The notes below the pieces were generated by a model. It had not been told where the DNA came from. It did not search any database and saw nothing but the letters and a program-made list of their open reading frames with translations. Of a stretch of DNA of 64,000 nucleotides, positions 62,714 through 64,000 are shown one piece after another (the stretch's first letter is position 1; every line of letters starts with the position of its first letter). Where the stretch lies: contig OZ244717.1 in the NCBI GenBank assembly GCA_965218975.1, forward strand, positions 1,024,001 through 1,088,000, given 5' to 3'. A program made the position numbers and the translations under genes. This DNA comes from Candidatus Oxydemutatoraceae bacterium. Lineage in GTDB: Bacteria; Pseudomonadota; Gammaproteobacteria; Poriferisulfidales; Oxydemutatoraceae.

Positions 62714-63963
62714 AACGTTCGGAGCTTCTCGAACTGATAACCAGCGGCGAGAACTCCGGAGTAGAGTTCAAGCGGGATGATTTACGTTCGGAGCAACTGG
62801 TGCGGGAGGTGGTGGCGCTCGCCAACTTTCAAGGAGGACGCGTTCTGCTCGGAGTGGAGGACGACGGCGTCATCACCGGCATACAGAGAGACGATCTCGA
62901 ACAGTGGGTGATGGATTCCGTGTTTGGGCGCATGGTGCATCCGGTGATGCTGCCGTTCTACGAGGAAGTTCTTATAGATGATACACGCCGCGTCGCGGTT
63001 GTTACTGTTACGCAAGGCGCTACCAAACCCTATGTCGTTCGGTATCGCGGCAGAGAAGACATCTACATACGGATCGGCAGTACCTCTCGGCTGGCCTCGC
63101 GCGAGCAGCAGGCGCGGCTTTTTGCTTCCGGCGGATTGATTCACACGGAGCTACTGCCCGTTTCCGGCAGTGGCCTGTGCGATTTGAGTCGGGAACGGCT
63201 GGCGGACTACCTCACTGCCATCGTCGGCGATCGGGAAGTGCCGGCGACCGATGAGGCGTGGAACGAGCGGCTTTGCGCGCTGGGATTTATGGTTGAGCGA
63301 AAAGACGGTCCGCCCGCCTGTACGATTGCCGGATTGATCCTGTTCGGTTATCGGCCGCGTCGCCTGTTGCGCCATGCCGGCATCCGTTGGATGTGCTTTG
63401 AGGGTGAGGAGAAAACCTACGATGCCCTTGACGATCAAGTGATTGAAGGGCCGCTTGTCGATTTTTGGCAGGTGCTGTCGGGGGGTCGTGAACTGGTGGA
63501 GAAAGGGCTGATTGAACGCCTTGCCGATGCGATGCGGCCGTTCGTATCCGAGGAGGCTGGCCAAGTAGAAGAGTCTATGCGCCGGGAACGACGCTGGCAC
63601 TATCCGCCGGAAGCGCTGCGCGAAGGCGTTGTCAATGCGCTGACACATCGGGACTGGACACGGTACGAGGAAATTGAGGTGGTTCGTTATGCGGACCGAA
63701 TAGAGATACTCAGCCCTGGCGCGCTGCAAAACGGCATGACGGTTGAAAAGATGATCGCTGGTCAGCGGGTTCCGCGCAATCTGCTCATCTCCGAGACGTT
63801 GCGGGACTACAGCTACTCCGATGCACGTGGCATGGGGGTGCGGCACAAGATCATTCCGTTGATGCGGGCGCACAACGGCGTTGACCCGGAGTTTGAAGCG
63901 ACGGAGGACTACTTGCGGTTGACGCTGCGCCGAGGCTCAGCGCGAAGGCTGAGGGGCGATTGA
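62710..63963 (+). CDS. AlbA_2 (Schlafen-like) + HATPase_c_4 protein, paralog of 18232-19470
   Basis: GENSGVEFKRDD, ANFQGGRVLLGVEDDG, REGVVNALTHRD, SPG, GMG; ATGA overlap with hsdM. Confidence 0.88.
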   Translation: MKRSELLELITSGENSGVEFKRDDLRSEQLVREVVALANFQGGRVLLGVEDDGVITGIQRDDLEQWVMDSVFGRMVHPVMLPFYEEVLIDDTRRVAVVTVTQGATKPYVVRYRGREDIYIRIGSTSRLASREQQARLFASGGLIHTELLPVSGSGLCDLSRERLADYLTAIVGDREVPATDEAWNERLCALGFMVERKDGPPACTIAGLILFGYRPRRLLRHAGIRWMCFEGEEKTYDALDDQVIEGPLVDFWQVLSGGRELVEKGLIERLADAMRPFVSEEAGQVEESMRRERRWHYPPEALREGVVNALTHRDWTRYEEIEVVRYADRIEILSPGALQNGMTVEKMIAGQRVPRNLLISETLRDYSYSDARGMGVRHKIIPLMRAHNGVDPEFEATEDYLRLTLRRGSARRLRGD

Positions 63964-64000
63964 AGTGGATGGGGATTTTGCTATGAGTCGAAAATTCGAT

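Noticed and set aside
63964-64000. Start of hsdS
   Set aside because: Expected by context, but too few codons are visible to support the call

Overview
Window from a gammaproteobacterial-type chromosome. Giant secreted LRR/FN3/cadherin-type proteins and several eroded genes suggest a host-associated lifestyle (inference). Layout: (1) 1-5192 housekeeping nnrD'-tsaE-amiB-[antisense ribD-like]-mutL. (2) ~5.4-27.2 kb GC-richer defence island: frameshifted type I hsdR, SIR2/HATPase scar, Fic gene, a 3x ~301-bp amplification, then an intact-looking six-gene operon SNF2-DUF3883 / PHP-ABC ATPase / AlbA_2-HATPase / UvrD / DUF1156 MTase / DUF499 ATPase. (3) msrA, ptrB and thpR pseudogenes, tRNA-Ala, an AT-rich ImmA+PIN cassette, tRNA-Ser. 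(4) A scrambled IS481 remnant interleaved with a ~98-bp multi-hairpin repeat that also occurs at 11 kb. (5) A 2.5-kaa repeat surface protein. (6) A molybdopterin oxidoreductase and an FNR-ferredoxin fusion. (7) An IS1634-jointed tandem duplication [reductase'-tRNA-Arg-LRR gene] whose two LRR genes have near-identical flanks but shuffled LRR cassettes. (8) Start of a type I RM operon (hsdM + AlbA_2-HATPase). Best novelty candidates: the cassette-shuffled LRR surface proteins, the short palindromic element linked to local amplification and scrambling, and the expanded DUF499/DUF1156 defence operon. All family calls come from reading motifs by eye; no searches were run.
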